Below, one piece after another: positions 34,068 to 44,793 of a DNA stretch of 64,000 nucleotides. The DNA is taken from the NCBI GenBank assembly GCA_963796275.1, contig CAWCKY010000006.1:416001-480000 (forward strand). The letters run 5' to 3'. Every line of letters begins with the position of its first letter. The stretch's first letter is position 1. The notes under the pieces were generated by a model. That model searched no databases, was not told the origin of the DNA, and was given only the letters and a program-made list of their open reading frames with translations. Position numbers and translations under genes: made by a program. This DNA is from an uncultured Acidobacteriota bacterium. GTDB taxonomy: Bacteria; Acidobacteriota; Blastocatellia; RBC074.

Positions 34068-34209
34068 CTAGTCGGTAGTCGGTTATCGGTTATCGGTTCA
34101 CAGGGTAAGGATGCATCTGGGCATAAAACCCGACTACCGACTCTACCGACTCTACCGACTCTACCGACAACCGACAACCGACAACCGGCACAACCGGCAA
34201 TCGACTACC
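34056..34209. repeat. Inverted RYCGRY 7-mer array
   Basis: ggtagtcggtag..gtcggttatcggttatcggtt, a spacer, then gactaccgact(ctaccgact)..accgacaaccgacaacc. Confidence 0.9.
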
Positions 34210-34214
34210 AAACG

Positions 34215-37200
34215 ATGATTACAGATAAATCCCATTATCTCAGGCTTTCGCTGTTCGTCGCCGGCATTATCGCATTCGGATATTTCCTGGAATCGGGCAC
34301 CAGCGGTCAGCAGAAGAGCGCAAATGACTCGGCCAGTAACCGGATCGATTTCAACCGCGACATTCGGCCGATACTCTCCGATAAATGCTGGGCCTGTCAT
34401 GGCCCGGATGCGCCGAATCTAAAGATCAAACTTCGCCTCGATTCGGAATCCGGCATCAAGGCCGAACTGGGACGAGGCAGGAGAGCGGTCGTTCCCGGCC
34501 ACCCTGAACAGAGCGAACTGGTGCGCCGAATCACGGCCGATAATGAGGCTATGCGTATGCCGCCGGTCGATTCGGGCCGTGCTCTGACAGAACGTGAAAA
34601 AAAACTGCTCGCCGAATGGATCAAAGAAGGTGCGAACTGGGCGAAACACTGGGCTTTCGTAAATCCTGTAAAACCGCAATTGCCGAAGATCGAGCACAAA
34701 GCATGGCCGGTTAATGCGATCGATTTTTTCGTCCTGGAGCAACTGGAACGCCGCGGAATGAGCCCTTCACCCGAAGCCGATCGTGCTACATTGATCCGCC
34801 GCGTCTCGCTCGATATTACGGGACTGCCTCCGACGCTCAAAGAAATTGACGACTTCCTCAACGACAAATCTCCGCGTGCTTATGAGAAGGTGGTTGACCG
34901 GTTGCTGGCCTCTCCGCGTTATGGCGAGCGGATGGCTTTCAGGTGGCTCGATGCAGCTAGATATGCGGACACGAACGGCTATCAGCTCGACGGCGAACGG
35001 CAGATGTGGCGATGGCGCGATTGGGTGATCGAAGCATTCAATCGCAATCTCTCGTTCGATCAGTTCACCGTTGAACAGCTGGCCGGAGATCTGCTCCCCG
35101 ATCCGACGCTCGACCAGCAGATTGCCACCGCCTTCAATCGCAACCATCGAGGCAATTCGGAAGATGGCTTGGTGCCGGAAGAATATGCGGTCGAATACGT
35201 GGTTGACCGGATCGATACAACTTCGACCGTATTTCAGGGCTTAACGATGGGCTGCGCTCGCTGCCACAATCATAAATACGATCCATTTACGCAGAAGGAG
35301 TACTACCAGCTTTACGGGTATTTCAACAGCATCCCCGAAGATGGTCGATTCAGCAATTACGGAAATTCACCACCGTGGATTTATGCGCCGACCCGTGAGC
35401 AGCAGGATAAGCTAGCCCGAATCGAAAAAGAGATCACGCAGTCAAAAAGACAATTGGATGCGCTTTTGCAGCGTTCCGATTTACTTCAGCGGCGCTGGGA
35501 AAAATCATTGAACCCTACCTCGAACGAACAATGGTCCCCGCCCGACCAACTGGTTCTGTATCAAGCGCTGGATCTGGACTTCAGGCTCGTAGTCAACGAA
35601 GTAGACCGCTCGTCCAAGAAGGATAAGAATGACGAGAAGACGGTCACCGGGTTTAAAGAAGGGACTCCGAATTACGTTCCCTCTCCAATCGGCCAGGCAG
35701 TCGCGTTCGACGGTAAGCTCTACTTCGACGCGGGAAAGGCGGCAAATTTCGATTACCGCGATCGCGTGCAGGATTACAAGGACAAATTCGCCATCTCAGC
35801 CTGGTTCTATCCAGAAACGGAGAACAGCGGTGCGATTGTCACGCGCATGCGTGATGATATAGGCGAACGGGAGAACAATCTCCCGAAAGGCCGCGGCTAC
35901 GGAATCTTCTACGTTAACGGCAAAGTCCATTTCAACCTTGTCGGAGTATGGGCGGATGACTCGTTCCGTGTCGAAACAGCGGACCCGCTTCCGGTCAAAC
36001 GGTGGTATCACCTGTTGGCCACATTCGACAGCACCCAGCCATACGAGAAGGTTCGGATTTACATCGACGGAAACAAACAGAATCTTAAGATAAACAATCA
36101 CCGTTTGTTCAGGCAGTTTGCAGACGGGGCCGCGAACCTTCGTATCGGCGGAGGCGGCGGACCTGATTGGCGTTTCAAGGGGGCGATTGATGATGTGCGG
36201 ATTTACGATGCTTTGCCCGATGATGAACAGATCGCTGTTCTCGCCTGCGCCGATTCGCTGGCAAAGATCGCCTCGCTTGACCCGCGGAAACGCAGCGATG
36301 CGCAAAGGCTGAAGATCCGCGGCGCATTCCTCGAAAAAGGCGCGCTTCCCCAACCAAGCAGGTCTGGGGTAAGTTGAATGAGTTGAAGAATCGAAAAGCG
36401 GCGCTTGAAACTTCGTTTCCCAGCGTAATGGTGATGCAGGAGCTGCCCGAACCTCGGCCTGCCTTCGTGTTGAAGCGCGGGGCTTATGACGCCCCGGGAG
36501 AGAAGGTCGAACGCGGAGTCCCCGCGGTTCTCGCACCGATGCCGAAGGATTTTCCCAACAACCGCCTGGGCCTGGCGAAGTGGCTGGTCAGTCCGCAAAA
36601 CCCCCTGACTGCGCGGGTCACCGTCAATCGTTTCTGGACGATGCTCTTCGGCAATGGCTTCGTCAGAACTGTCGAGGACTTCGGGACGCAGGGGGAATTG
36701 CCTTCACATCCGGAACTGCTCGATTGGCTGGCGGTGGAATTTATGGGCGGGAGAGCGGGAGTGAGTCGGGGCAGACAAGGGGATGAGGCGAGTGCGAAAT
36801 CACGTGGATGGGACGTAAAAGCTCTGCTCAAGACAATCGTCATGAGCGCGACATATCGCCAGACGTCAATAGTCACGCCGCAACTGTCCCAACAGGATCC
36901 CGATAATCGCCTTCTCGCGCGCGGGCCGCGGCTGCGGCTGCCGGCCGAAGTGATTCGCGATCAGGCGCTTTTCATCTCGGGCCTGCTGGTCGAGAATCTC
37001 GGGGGGCCTTCGGTGAAGCCTTATCAGCCGGAGGGGTTATACAAAGATATGCTTTTCTCGAACATGACCACCTATGACCAGGATAAGGGCGAAGGTTTAT
37101 GGCGGCGCAGTCTCTACACTTTCTGGAAGCGTACGGTAATGCCGCCATCGATGCAGGTGTTCAACGCATCGTCGCGCGAATACTGCACTGTGCGCGAAGC

Positions 37201-37558
37201 GCGAACGAATACACCGCTGCAGGCGCTCAATCTGATGAACGACGTGACATACATTGAAGCCGCGCGCATGCTGGCAGAGCGAATGATGATTGAGGGCGGA
37301 ACGCAAGCGGTTGACCGAATTGCCTGGGCATTTCGTTTGGCCACCTCGCGGTGGCCGGATGATGCGGAGAAGCAAGTGCTCCTGGCGAACCATCATTCGC
37401 AATTCGCATATTTCCGCGGCGATCCCGCGGAAGCGGAAAAACTTCTTGCAGTCGGTGAGAAGCGAAATTCCCGCGAGCTCGATCGGGTCGAACTCGCGTC
37501 ATATACAGCAACGGCAAGCTTGATTCTCAATCTCGATGAAGTGATTACGAAGCAATGA
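34215..37558 (+). CDS. PSD1/planctomycete cytochrome c protein (DUF1549-LamG-DUF1553), split by a 1-nt deletion near 36348
   Basis: IRPILSDKCWACHGPD, HWAF, WLDAARYADT, CARCHNHKYDP, LamG region, then NPLTARVTVNR and TNTPLQALNLMN in the next frame. Confidence 0.88.
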
Positions 37559-37563
37559 ACGGA

Positions 37564-37621
37564 TCATTTGTCATTGACTCGGCAACGTAAAATCAATGAC
37601 AAATGACAAATGGAAAATGAC
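37564..37621. repeat. Short inverted 7-mer array (aaatgac type)
   Basis: tcatttgtcattga ... tcaatgacaaatgacaaatggaaaatgac. Confidence 0.8.
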
Positions 37622-37622
37622 T

Positions 37623-39080
37623 ATGCGCCTGACAGCCTCCGACGAATTACGAACATTTATAACACGCAGGAATTTCGTAAGCCTCTTCAGTTATGGCATC
37701 GGCACAGCGGCTCTCGCGACTCTGCTGGACGAAAATGGCTATGGGGCGCTGAGACCTATGCCGCAGAACGACAAATTGCCGCATTTCACTGCGAAAGCGA
37801 AACGTGTCATCTATCTCTTTCAATCCGGAGGGCCGTCGCAGTTAGAACTGTTCGACCCTAAACCGCAGCTGGAGAAATACCGCGGACAAAATCTGCCCGA
37901 CTCGATACGTATGGGGCAGCGATTGACCGGAATGACGGCATTTCAATCGAACTTTCCGGCCGCGCCTTCGGTCTACAAATTTGGGCAGCATGGCCAATCG
38001 GGCACAGCTTTAAGCGAATTGCTGCCGCACACGGCGAAGATCGCGGATGATCTATGCCTTATCAGGTCGATGCATACCGAGCAGATCAATCACGATCCGG
38101 CCATCACGTTTTCGCTCACCGGGTTTCAACTCGCAGGCAGACCGGGAATAGGTTCGTGGATCTCGTATGGGTTGGGCAGCGAAAATAAAGATCTGCCCGC
38201 GTTCGTCGTGATGGTTTCGCTGGGAACCGGTAACACGGGAGATCAGCCCTTGTACGATCGTTTGTGGGGCAGCGGCTTTATGCCTTCACAGCACCAGGGC
38301 GTGAAGTTCTACAACGGGCCTGATCGCGTATTATATCTTTCGAATCCGCCCGGGATAGACGCTCAGGCGCGACGGCGATTCCTCGATGATCTCGCGAAGC
38401 TGAACCGGAAGAACGCCGAAACGTTCGGAGATCCGGAAATCATCGCGCGCGTCTCGCAGTATGAGATGGCATATCGAATGCAGACATCGGTGCCCGAACT
38501 GACTGACCTGTCGACGGAGCCCGAGAAGACTTTCGAGCGCTATGGCCCCGATGCGCGCAAATCCGGAACATTTGCTGCTAATTGCATACTCGCTCGCCGC
38601 CTGGCCGAACGCGGCGTGCGGTTCATTCAGCTCTTCCATCGCGGCTGGGATCAACACGGAAGTCTCCCGAAGCAGATCGCCAATCAGTGCCGCGACACCG
38701 ATCAGGCGACAGCAGCGTTGATTACTGATTTGAAAGAACGCGGGATGCTCGATGAGACGCTGGTCATCTGGGGCGGCGAATTCGGACGGACCGTCTATTC
38801 GCAAGGGAAGCTGGCTGTCGATAACTATGGGCGCGATCATCACCCGCGCTGCTTCGCCGTCTGGATGGCGGGGGGCGGCATAAAACCCGGGATTACAATG
38901 GGAGAGACTGACGATTTCAGCTATAACATCACGCGCGATCCAGTTCACGTCCACGATCTGAATGCGACGATTCTCCACTGTCTGGGGATTGATCACACGA
39001 GATTGACCTACAAATTTCAGGGAAGAGATTTCCGGCTGACAGACGTGCACGGTGAGGTAGTGAAGAAGATATTGCTTTGA
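37623..39080 (+). CDS. DUF1501 family protein with Tat-like signal
   Basis: TRRNF, KAKRVIYLFQSGGPSQLELFDPK, GWDQH, WGGEFGRT and GRDHH. The upstream in-frame ATGs lie inside the repeat. Confidence 0.9.
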   Translation: MRLTASDELRTFITRRNFVSLFSYGIGTAALATLLDENGYGALRPMPQNDKLPHFTAKAKRVIYLFQSGGPSQLELFDPKPQLEKYRGQNLPDSIRMGQRLTGMTAFQSNFPAAPSVYKFGQHGQSGTALSELLPHTAKIADDLCLIRSMHTEQINHDPAITFSLTGFQLAGRPGIGSWISYGLGSENKDLPAFVVMVSLGTGNTGDQPLYDRLWGSGFMPSQHQGVKFYNGPDRVLYLSNPPGIDAQARRRFLDDLAKLNRKNAETFGDPEIIARVSQYEMAYRMQTSVPELTDLSTEPEKTFERYGPDARKSGTFAANCILARRLAERGVRFIQLFHRGWDQHGSLPKQIANQCRDTDQATAALITDLKERGMLDETLVIWGGEFGRTVYSQGKLAVDNYGRDHHPRCFAVWMAGGGIKPGITMGETDDFSYNITRDPVHVHDLNATILHCLGIDHTRLTYKFQGRDFRLTDVHGEVVKKILL

Positions 39081-39089
39081 TATATACAT

Positions 39090-40241
39090 ATGCGAGGAAG
39101 CTATGATGCCGCCGTTATAGGCGCCGGTGTCTTCGGGTCATGGATTGCGTATCATTTACGGCGGGCGGAATTGAGCGTAGCCCTGATTGACGCTTACGGC
39201 GCGGCGAACGATCGCGCGAGTTCGGGCGGCGAATCGCGCATTATCAGGATGGCTTATGGCATCGATGAAATCTACACGCGCTGGTCTGATCGTTCGCTGG
39301 CAATCTGGCAGAGGTTCTTCGCGAGCGTCGGGCGCCAGGAGCTTTTTCAACGGACCGGCGTGCTGTTGATGGGTCGCGAAAACGATCCGCATATCATCGC
39401 GACGCAGCGGACGCTCGCAAGGGTTGGAGTGAATTTCGAGTTGCTCCTGCGCGATGAATTGGAGAGTCGCTATCCGCAGTTCGATTTCGGTGAGGTGTCG
39501 TGTGCGATTTATGAGCCGATGAGTGGCGCGCTGATGGCTCGCCGCTCAGTTCAATCGGTGGCGGATTTCGTAGCGCGAAACGGCGGCGATTACCTGATCG
39601 AGTCGGTGCTCGCGCCCACCGGCGCGGGCCGATTGAACGAAGTAGTTACGCGCGGAGGGGCGAGAATCGGCGCGGATTGCTTCATTTTCGCCTGCGGCCC
39701 CTGGCTGCCGAAACTATTCCCCGCGTTGCTCGGAGATCGAATTCACCCGACGCGCCAGGAGGTCTACTTCTTCGGCGTTCCGGCGGGCGACACTCGGTTC
39801 GCCCCGCCTCTGATGCCGACCTGGATCGATTTCGGCGCTGAGACTTATGGCATGCCAGATCTGGAAAACCGAGGCTTCAAACTCGCCTACGATCGTCACG
39901 GCGAAGCGATTGACCCCGACAACGCCGAGCGCAAAGTGACCGATGACTCGCTGAAACTGGCGCGCGCATTTCTGGCCCGGCGCCTCCCGGCGCTGGCAGA
40001 TGCGCCGCTCGTCGAAGCGCGCGTCTGCCAGTACGAGAACACGTCGAACGGCGATTTCCTGATTGACCGACATCCCGATTTCGACAATGTCTGGCTGGTA
40101 GGAGGCGGCTCTGGCCATGGTTTCAAACACGGCCCGGCGCTGGGCGAATACGTTGCATCGCGCGTCGTCGAAGGCGGAGATATCGAAAGACGATTTACTC
40201 TGGCGACCAAAGAGAACGCGCGGGGGCGTACAGTCTTTTAG
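39090..40241 (+). CDS. FAD-dependent oxidoreductase, sarcosine oxidase/SolA-like
   Basis: [32 protein letters not shown] and [11 protein letters not shown]. Confidence 0.85.
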   Translation: MRGSYDAAVIGAGVFGSWIAYHLRRAELSVALIDAYGAANDRASSGGESRIIRMAYGIDEIYTRWSDRSLAIWQRFFASVGRQELFQRTGVLLMGRENDPHIIATQRTLARVGVNFELLLRDELESRYPQFDFGEVSCAIYEPMSGALMARRSVQSVADFVARNGGDYLIESVLAPTGAGRLNEVVTRGGARIGADCFIFACGPWLPKLFPALLGDRIHPTRQEVYFFGVPAGDTRFAPPLMPTWIDFGAETYGMPDLENRGFKLAYDRHGEAIDPDNAERKVTDDSLKLARAFLARRLPALADAPLVEARVCQYENTSNGDFLIDRHPDFDNVWLVGGGSGHGFKHGPALGEYVASRVVEGGDIERRFTLATKENARGRTVF

Positions 40242-40306
40242 CCCTTAAAGAAAATTTTACGCCTTCGCGAGATACAATTTCTTAGGGATTGAAACTGAGA
40301 AAGGGA

Positions 40307-40344
40307 AGGGCCGGCAGGTATTTGAATGATTACCTGCCAGCCCT
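40307..40344. terminator. Hairpin between the convergent oxidase gene and suf operon
   Basis: agggccggcaggta ... tacctgccagccct. Confidence 0.55.
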
Positions 40345-40376
40345 CGTTTCACATCCTCTTTGGTTCCTCTACCGGA

Positions 40377-40841
40377 TCACTCTTCCGTTAATTCAGTCGA
40401 AACCATCTCACCCACGCCTTCAAGCGCGGCTCGCAGCGTATGCCACGAAAGACTGGCGCATTTGACGCGGGCCGGGAATTCACGGACTCCGGCCAGAATG
40501 GTCAAACGGCCGAGGTGGTGCGGGTCCCTCTCGGGATCGAGCTCATCCTTGACCATCCGGTGAAATTCATCAAAGAGAACTTCGGCCTCTTCCTTGGTTT
40601 TGCCCTTGATTGCAGCGGTCATCATCGATGCGGAAGCTTTCGATATGGCGCAGCCTGATCCCTGAAACCCGATGTCTTCGATCACATTGTCATGCAATTT
40701 AAGGTAGAGGGTGATTTGATCGCCACAGAGCGGATTGTAGCCCTCCTGCTCGCGATCTGCCGCGCTGATCACCTTGAAGTTGCGCGGTTTTTTGTTGTGG
40801 TCGAGGATGACCTGTTGATAGAGTTCGCTTATTTCAGCCAT
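40377..40841 (-). CDS. sufU: SUF system NifU-like protein SufU
   Basis: LYQQVILDH, NPLCGD, GCAISKASAS and PARVKCA. Confidence 0.93.
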   Translation of the reverse strand: MAEISELYQQVILDHNKKPRNFKVISAADREQEGYNPLCGDQITLYLKLHDNVIEDIGFQGSGCAISKASASMMTAAIKGKTKEEAEVLFDEFHRMVKDELDPERDPHHLGRLTILAGVREFPARVKCASLSWHTLRAALEGVGEMVSTELTEE

Positions 40842-40860
40842 GCCAAATTTCTCATCTCCG

Positions 40861-42087
40861 TCAGGCAAAAACATCGATCGCTTTTTGAATGCCTTCTGCC
40901 AGCGCATCGATCTCTTCCTTCGTATTGTAGAATGCGAACGAGGCGCGCGCCGTTGCCGGGACGCCGAACCGCTTCATAACCGGCTGCGCGCAATGATGAC
41001 CGGCTCGTATAGCGATCCCTTCCTGATCGAGAATTGTGCCCAGGTCGTGTGGATGTATCTCATCGAGCGTGAAAGAGAGTACGCTCGCCTTCTCGCGCGC
41101 CGTGCCGATGAGCTTGACGCCGGGAATCGCGCTGATGATTTCGGTCGCATACTCGAGCAGCTCGTGTTCGTAAGCTGCGATACGATCGAGTCCGATGTGG
41201 TTGAGATAATCGATCGCCACGCCCAGGACGATGCCTCCTTCGATGTGCGGAGTGCCCGCTTCGAACTTTGCCGGCAGCACATTGTAGGTTGTTTTCTCGA
41301 ATGTCACCGAGGCGATCATGTCGCCGCCGCCCATGAACGGCGGCATGGCGTTCAACAATTCGGTCTTGCCGTAAAGCACGCCTATGCCAGTTGGTCCGCA
41401 CATCTTGTGGCCGGAGAATGCATAGAAATCGCAATCTAGATCGCGCACGTCGATTTTGATGTGCGGAGCGGCTTGCGCGCCGTCGAGCAGAACCGGAATA
41501 TCGCGGCTGTGCGCGAGCTCGATGATGCGTTTGACGGGATTGAGCGTGCCGAGCGCGTTCGAAAGATGTGCGACTGCGACCAGCTTCACGCGCGGATTGA
41601 GCATCTGTATGAACTCATCGATCAGCAACTCCCCGTGATCATTGATTGGAATGACGCGCAGCTGCGCCTTCACCTGCTCGCAAAGCAACTGCCACGGGAC
41701 GATGTTTGAATGGTGCTCCATCGCCGAGATGATGATTTCGTCTCCCGCGCGTACGAATTGGCGACCGAAGCTGTTAGCCACGAGATTGATGCTCTCGGTA
41801 GCGCCGCGCGTGAAGACGATCTCGTGAGATTCCGCGGCATTGATGAACCGCTGGATTTTCACGCGCGCATCTTCGTATTCGCGCGTCGCGAGCTGGCTCA
41901 AAAAATGCACGCCCCGGTGGATGTTTGCGTTCTGCTCCTTGTAATAGCGGTCGATCGCGTCGATAACTGTTTGCGGCTTCTGCGACGTCGCGGCGTTGTC
42001 AAGATAAACTAGGCGGCGCCCGTGAACTTCCTGTTTGAGAATAGGAAAATCTTGGCGAATCTGTTGTACATCAAAATTTGCTTTCAT
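40861..42087 (-). CDS. sufS: Cysteine desulfurase SufS
   Basis: YLDNAATSQKP, EHHSN, SGHKM and IRAGHHCAQP. Start at MKANFD. Confidence 0.96.
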   Translation of the reverse strand: MKANFDVQQIRQDFPILKQEVHGRRLVYLDNAATSQKPQTVIDAIDRYYKEQNANIHRGVHFLSQLATREYEDARVKIQRFINAAESHEIVFTRGATESINLVANSFGRQFVRAGDEIIISAMEHHSNIVPWQLLCEQVKAQLRVIPINDHGELLIDEFIQMLNPRVKLVAVAHLSNALGTLNPVKRIIELAHSRDIPVLLDGAQAAPHIKIDVRDLDCDFYAFSGHKMCGPTGIGVLYGKTELLNAMPPFMGGGDMIASVTFEKTTYNVLPAKFEAGTPHIEGGIVLGVAIDYLNHIGLDRIAAYEHELLEYATEIISAIPGVKLIGTAREKASVLSFTLDEIHPHDLGTILDQEGIAIRAGHHCAQPVMKRFGVPATARASFAFYNTKEEIDALAEGIQKAIDVFA

Positions 42088-42104
42088 TTCAGTCTTAGTT
42101 TGTA

Positions 42105-43427
42105 TCAGCCGACCTCCAGGTTCTGATGCAGTTTTTCGAGCACGACCTTGTCCAACTGCTCGCGTACTGATTTCAATCTGATCTTGCTGATCACGTCTTC
42201 GGCAAAACCGTAGGTGAGCAGCGCCCGCGCGCGTTCCGGGTTGATGCCGCGCGTGGAGAGGTAGAAGAGCTCTTCCTCTTCCAATTGCCCGACCGCCGCG
42301 CCATGCGAGCATTTCACGTCATCGGCTAAAATCTCCAATTGCGGCTTCGTGTCGATGGTGGCGTCACTGGATAACAGCAGGTTCTTGTTCAGCTGGTGCG
42401 CGTCGGTCAACAGCGCTCCTTCGCGGACGAAGACTTTGCCGTTGAAGACGGCGCGCGATTTGCCGTCGAGTATCCCTTTGTAGAGCTGATGGCTGGTGCA
42501 ATGGGGCTTCCGGTGGTCAATCGAAGTGTGATTGTCCACGTGCTGTCTACCTGAGACTACGTATAAGCCATCGATGGTCGTCTCGATATGCTCATCGCTC
42601 AAGAGGACATTCAGATTGTGCCGGACGAGCTCGCCGCCGAGCGATATGGCATAAGACGTGTAGCTGCTCTCCCGCTCCTGAAATATCTCGGTCGTCGCAA
42701 TGTGGAAAGCGCGTTCGCTCTCCTCCTGCAAACGGTAGTGTGTGATGACTGATCCCTGCGCCGCGTATACTTCGGTTACGGCGTTGGTGAAATAGACTTC
42801 CGTTCCCGGGGAAACGTAGCTTTCGATTACGCTTGCGATTGCGCCCTCGGCTGCGACTATCAGAACGCGCGGATGGCTAACGAACGGCGCTTCGGCCGAT
42901 GAAATGAAGAGCAGATGGATCGGCGTTTCAACGACCTTAGATATATAGATGAAAGCGCCCTCGCTGATCTGCGCCGTGTTGAGAGCCGTGAAGACCTCAT
43001 CCTGGTAGTTGGCATGCGCCGCCAGATAATTGCTGACGATTTTGGGATGTTCCACCAGCGCGCGCGCTAGATCGCTGACGATAATATCTCCCGGCAGACC
43101 GCTCAGGTCCGAAAACTCGTGTGAAAATTTCCCATTGATGAAGACCAATTGACTGCGGCGGGATTCATCGTAGGTGAATCGCTCGACCATCGCCGGAGTC
43201 AAACCATCATGCGGGGCGTTCTGGCCATATGGCACTTTGAGAACCGGCGCAATGTTGGTGTACTTCCATTCCTCATCCCTGGTGGTCGGGAAATTGAGTT
43301 GCTCATACCGTTCGACAGCTTTTTCGCGCAGATTGATCAGCCAGGTCGGATAATTGTCTCCTCGCGCATCAGCGAATGTTTTATCAATCGAGAAGCAGTC
43401 GTTTTTCTCTTTTATCACTTGAGGCAT
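42105..43427 (-). CDS. sufD: Fe-S assembly protein SufD
   Basis: EEWKYT, AVFNGKV, KPQLEILADDVKCSHG and FYLSTRGI. Confidence 0.95.
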   Translation of the reverse strand: MPQVIKEKNDCFSIDKTFADARGDNYPTWLINLREKAVERYEQLNFPTTRDEEWKYTNIAPVLKVPYGQNAPHDGLTPAMVERFTYDESRRSQLVFINGKFSHEFSDLSGLPGDIIVSDLARALVEHPKIVSNYLAAHANYQDEVFTALNTAQISEGAFIYISKVVETPIHLLFISSAEAPFVSHPRVLIVAAEGAIASVIESYVSPGTEVYFTNAVTEVYAAQGSVITHYRLQEESERAFHIATTEIFQERESSYTSYAISLGGELVRHNLNVLLSDEHIETTIDGLYVVSGRQHVDNHTSIDHRKPHCTSHQLYKGILDGKSRAVFNGKVFVREGALLTDAHQLNKNLLLSSDATIDTKPQLEILADDVKCSHGAAVGQLEEEELFYLSTRGINPERARALLTYGFAEDVISKIRLKSVREQLDKVVLEKLHQNLEVG

Positions 43428-43436
43428 AGTTAAATA

Positions 43437-44192
43437 TCACCCGGCTGCGCTCACAGCCTTTAGCCAATCGTATCCTTTCTGTTCCAGCTCCTGCGCCAGT
43501 TCTTTGCCGCCCGATTTTACAATCAGTCCTTGATAGAGCACGTGGACGATATCCGGCACAATATAATTGAGCAAACGCTGATAGTGGGTGACGATAATGA
43601 AAGCGTTATCCGGGTTGGCCAGCTGGTTAATGCCGTTCGCTACAATACGCAGCGCATCAATGTCCAGTCCCGAATCGGTTTCATCGAGCACTGCGAGTTT
43701 CGGTTGCAAAACTGCCATCTGCAGAATCTCGTTGCGCTTCTTCTCGCCGCCGGAGAAGCCCTCATTGACCGACCGGTTAATGAAGCTCGTATCCATCTCC
43801 ACGATCCGCATCTTTTCCCGGATCAGGTCGTCGAACTCTAGCGGATCCAGCTCATCGCGCCCGTCATGCTTGGCCTTTTCGTTGTAAGCCATGCGCAGGA
43901 AGTTGGCGTTGCTTACGCCGGGAATTTCGATCGGGTATTGGAATGCGAGGAATACCCCCTCCCTCGCCCGCTCATCCGGATCGATCTCGAGCAGGTTCTT
44001 GCCCTGATATATCACCTCACCCTGCGTAACCTGGTAATCGGGGTGCCCCGCGAGCACTTTGGCGAGCGTGCTTTTTCCCGATCCATTCGGACCCATAATC
44101 GCGTGTATTTCCCCTGCATTGACGGTCAGGTTGAGCCCTTTCAAAATCTCTTTGCCGTCGATGGCGGCGTGTAGATTGCGAATCTCTAGCAC
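43437..44192 (-). CDS. sufC: Fe-S assembly ATPase SufC
   Basis: [17 protein letters not shown] and [14 protein letters not shown] start. Confidence 0.96.
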   Translation of the reverse strand: MLEIRNLHAAIDGKEILKGLNLTVNAGEIHAIMGPNGSGKSTLAKVLAGHPDYQVTQGEVIYQGKNLLEIDPDERAREGVFLAFQYPIEIPGVSNANFLRMAYNEKAKHDGRDELDPLEFDDLIREKMRIVEMDTSFINRSVNEGFSGGEKKRNEILQMAVLQPKLAVLDETDSGLDIDALRIVANGINQLANPDNAFIIVTHYQRLLNYIVPDIVHVLYQGLIVKSGGKELAQELEQKGYDWLKAVSAAG

Positions 44193-44242
44193 TTATTCAT
44201 CTCCTCTGTAGCCGGTGCGAGCGCCAGCGCTCACATCCGTTC

Positions 44243-44680
44243 TCAATCTGAAACTTCGATAATTACCTCGATCTCTACCGGTATATTTAACGGCAGCGAA
44301 CCCATCCCGACCGCCGAACGGGCATGGCGCCCCCCTTCGCCGAACACTTCAACGAACAGGTCGGAACACCCGTTGATCACAAATGGGTGTTCTAAAAATT
44401 CGGGCGTGGCATTGACCATTCCCAGAACTTTGACCACTCGCTTCACGCGCTGCAATGTCCCCAGTTCCTGCTTCATCACGGCCAGTAGGATCAATCCCGT
44501 CTCGCGCGCGAACTGATATGCCTGTTCCTTGGTGAAATCAGAACCAACCTTACCCTCTACGTGAACCCCTTTGCCCGCGAGGAAGAGCAAATTCCCGGTG
44601 CGTACGGCATGCACGTAATTGCCCCCGACCTGTGGCACTGGGGGCAAAGAAGCTTCTATCTCAGTTAGTATGTTTTTCAT
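44243..44680 (-). CDS. Rid (YjgF/YER057c/UK114) superfamily protein
   Basis: GNYVHAVRTGNLLFLAG, VINGCSDL and HARSAVGMGSLPLNIPVEIE. Start at MKNILTE. Confidence 0.88.
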   Translation of the reverse strand: MKNILTEIEASLPPVPQVGGNYVHAVRTGNLLFLAGKGVHVEGKVGSDFTKEQAYQFARETGLILLAVMKQELGTLQRVKRVVKVLGMVNATPEFLEHPFVINGCSDLFVEVFGEGGRHARSAVGMGSLPLNIPVEIEVIIEVSD

Positions 44681-44681
44681 A

Positions 44682-44793
44682 GCGATAGTCGGTAGGCGGT
44701 AATCGGAAATCGGCAGTCGATTCGCAGCATTCAATTATGATCAATGATCCGCCACTGCAAACCGACAACCGACAACCGACAACCGATTACTCG
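44682..44793. repeat. Inverted RYCGRY 7-mer array between sufB and the Rid gene
   Basis: gtcggta ggcggta atcggaa atcggca gtcgatt ... accgaca x3 accgatt. Confidence 0.85.
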
